Program-made: the position numbers and the translations under genes
NCBI GenBank assembly: GCA_040954595.2
Contig: CM082584.2
Location: 5,274,110 to 5,338,109, forward strand
DNA length: 64,000 nt
Source: Balanoglossus misakiensis
Taxonomy: Eukaryota > Animalia > Hemichordata
Direction: 5' to 3'
Shown here: positions 61,501 through 64,000 of the stretch, piece by piece
Layout of the letters: each line of letters opens with the position of its first letter
Numbering within the stretch: the first letter of the stretch is position 1
Notes under the pieces: model-generated
What the model was told of the DNA's origin: nothing
What the model saw: the letters and a program-made list of their open reading frames with translations, nothing else
The model's database searches: none

Positions 61501-61986
61501 TAGCACATCATAATAAGAACATTATCAGGGCAATGAAAATCAAAGTGTAAAGAAATACAAGTGCAGTAAGGTCAGTGAGCCCTCTAGAATCTTCAATTAT
61601 TTTTCAGCTTATTACTCTTGTCATATTCATTCCTGGTAGCAATTTTTTCATCAAGACTTTGATTGACTTTTGGCAATGTCTCAGACAGTGCAGGAAATTT
61701 CTGAGAAAGGGATTTTTGACCAAAAATGACAAAAAATGTCTCAAAATGACCCAAACTCTTGTTAGTGTGTATCTGTAGAAAGAGAAGTGTCTGTATAATA
61801 CCTTGTCCCTGTACAGATGCAGGAGGCAGCGTCGACTGTGATGTAACCACGGACGATGCCACAGGTGGTCTGACTTTCATCGCCACACTAAGCGACGGTT
61901 GAGGCTGTCTCCGTGGCAACAAGGCAGGTGGATAAGAACGTCTGGTCGGGCTCACTTGATGAGTGGTAGTAACATAGTTTCCAGTT
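58596..61986 (-). CDS. 3' terminal coding exons of an unidentified gene extending past the window end; disordered P/S/H-rich tail with tyrosine motifs
   Basis: Exons 61802-61986, 59136-59444 and 58596-58705 join in frame through phase-1 GT-AG introns and end ..CPSQLSAIYAD*. They are richer in GC and CpG than the flanks. A long AT-rich 3' UTR-like region follows, with a minus-strand AATAAA near 54704. Confidence 0.65.
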
Positions 61987-63401
61987 CTGTCAATCAAAGA
62001 AAAAACATGATTGGAATATATTTGCATGCGTGTCATGATTTTTTACCATCTCTTTCATTAAATCAGAAGAGTGAAAATTCAAACCACAGACAGAGGATAC
62101 TTGCCATCAACACATGTAATAGCCCATGTAGAAATGTACTTAGGAGTGTCATGAACGTCAGATGATGTATAAAAGAAATATTTACATGTCATTATACAGC
62201 TATTTTGACTTGCTGCAGTTAAATATTGTGAACGCAAAGTGCAACAGGTGTAGTTTTGACGGCAATGACCTGCTTTTATACCAGTTGTGTGATAAATATT
62301 TCATCCATTCATCATTCCACCATTCTCTTAGTCAATCGATTTAATCTTGTATAACACAACTATCAACTTATCAAAACCATTCTAGTTCAGAAATTGATAC
62401 AGTTATTACTCTCAGAATTGTAATTAATTTACATTTCACACAAAGACATTACGTGGGGAAAATAGCCACATGGCGAATTATTAAAAAACTAACATGATAT
62501 TGTCATCCACCAATTTTAGTTATTTGCGACAATTTTTACTTGCTATTGCCAGATTTGACTTGAAGCCCGGTTTACAAAAAAAAATGCTATTTTAATTATT
62601 TAGGACTGCAAGAATCCATATCACTCATAATGTCTAAAACTAATGGCTTTTTTCACAAACTTAATTGGAACCATGGAAACAGCCAGCATTCTTTGATAAA
62701 TTCCTGATATGGCATCTTGCTGTGAAGACAACATTTTGATTTAAGACTGCTAATTGTTACCGTGGCAACCATAGAAGGCAGAAGTGGATGTGAATGGAAT
62801 GACAGGAATTAGGTTGATTTTCTCCGAGGTCGGAGGTCATCCACACAATGGTTACACAACTCAAATTACACACTCTTATTCAAATTTTGGTCGAGAATTA
62901 AACACACAGTGACTAGTTCGGAATTCATCTCGCCTTCTCTTTCATTTTGTCTCATAAAATTTGACGATGTCCAGTTCAGCTGTATGTTTAGAATGATATT
63001 TGCAATGAAGTTTACCACGTCTGCTCACGGCCTGACCTTTTTTTCCATTAAAATCCAACACAAGAGAGTGTCTATGATTACACCGAAGAATGCATTTAAC
63101 TTTTCCTCCATTTTTCTGCTTGTTTAAACTCAAATTTAATGCTTGAATAATGTTACCATATGTAAATACTTATCCATCATTTTATTTTCTGTTACGGTGC
63201 CAACACGAATTATTCAAATTCCTCCATTTGCACAATCTCCTTACACACATGAATGTGATTGTTCGAACAAGTCAGTGTCAATGACACAGTTCCCACTTGG
63301 ATCAACCCATTGGCGATATTACAGCTTTAATTACACACAAAATGCACTGCAACTTTTTGGATAATTATCATGAAATTTGTTTTCAAACTGTAGTAACATT
63401 A

Positions 63402-63596
63402 GCCCATACACATGTATGCACTGAAGTATATACAAGTATTATAAACCCTAAATATGAGTGCATATGCAAGTTTTAACCAGATCAACAATAAAGCTTTGCC
63501 CATATACATGTATGCACTGAAGTATATACAAGTATTATAAACCCTAAATATGAGTGCATATGCAAGTTTTAACCAGATCAACAATAAAGCTTTGCC
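63402..63596. repeat. 96-bp tandem duplication
   Basis: GCCCATA(C/T)ACATGTATGCACTG...CAACAATAAAGCTTT occurs twice (starts 63402 and 63498), with one mismatch seen. Confidence 0.9.
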
Positions 63597-63899
63597 GCAA
63601 GCAAAAAATGGCCGCCAAAATAGGAAAACGCAAAATACAATGAAAACGGTGCATTCACCTCTGATGCCAGGCAACCATTTTGTTACACAATTTGTTTGGA
63701 CCTATGTCATTGAAATTTCCAGTTCTGATGTGGTTGCAGAAATAATTTTGGACCAACTAACAGTTGTCAAAATTCCTTTTGTTGAGAGAAGACCCTTTTT
63801 TACAATGGACATACTTTGGCAATTTTTCACAAGATTACAGTGAAACAGTTATGGCTGGATCAAATGTCTGTGCCTTTCAAGGACTACAAGTATTATCTT

Positions 63900-63992
63900 T
63901 TAACCCTTTCACCCCCAGTTCCCTCTATAGAGATCCTGGTTTACCGTAGAAAACAACGTATTTGGAGTAAAACATGGTGGGGAAAGGATTAA
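63900..63992. mobile_element. piggyBac-type MITE copy
   Basis: TTAACCCTTTCACCCC...GGGGAAAGGATTAA; reverse-oriented relative of 6202-6294. Confidence 0.7.
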
Positions 63993-64000
63993 AAAAAGTG

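Noticed and set aside
62900-63300. Possible decayed transposase (EEKLNAFFGVII-like peptide on the minus strand)
   Set aside because: A single short resemblance with stops on both sides, no DDE motifs and no terminal repeats.
63399-63674. 91-aa hydrophobic ORF with an internal repeat
   Set aside because: Artefact of the 96-bp in-frame tandem duplication of AT-rich intronic DNA.

Overview
Eukaryotic, AT-rich, intron-rich animal DNA with canonical GT-AG introns and many MITEs; probably an invertebrate deuterostome (hemichordate/echinoderm/amphioxus-like, inference only). Splicing by hand gives five protein-coding genes. (1) An intronless type II membrane SGNH/GDSL esterase-like gene (764-2521, -). 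(2) A 19-exon, 1248-aa Roco-family gene (7827-20468, -) with the architecture NHR - Roc GTPase - COR - Death domain - TIR - polyQ linker - CaaX (CTLL). (3) A 17-exon, 654-aa WW-EF-hand-ZZ-coiled-coil dystrotelin/short-dystrophin-like gene (27280-37337, -). (4) Keap1 (46336-51239, +; 584 aa), divergent from gene 3 and preceded by a cluster of antioxidant response elements. (5) The last three exons of an unidentified gene whose tail carries ITIM-like motifs (58596-61986, -). The best candidate for an undescribed system is the Roco gene. It looks like a single-chain, prenylated, GTPase-gated TIR effector: the TIR keeps the NADase-type catalytic Glu and the G4 motif has a natural Asp-to-Asn change (THKN). 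All models are manual and need RNA-seq and HMM confirmation.
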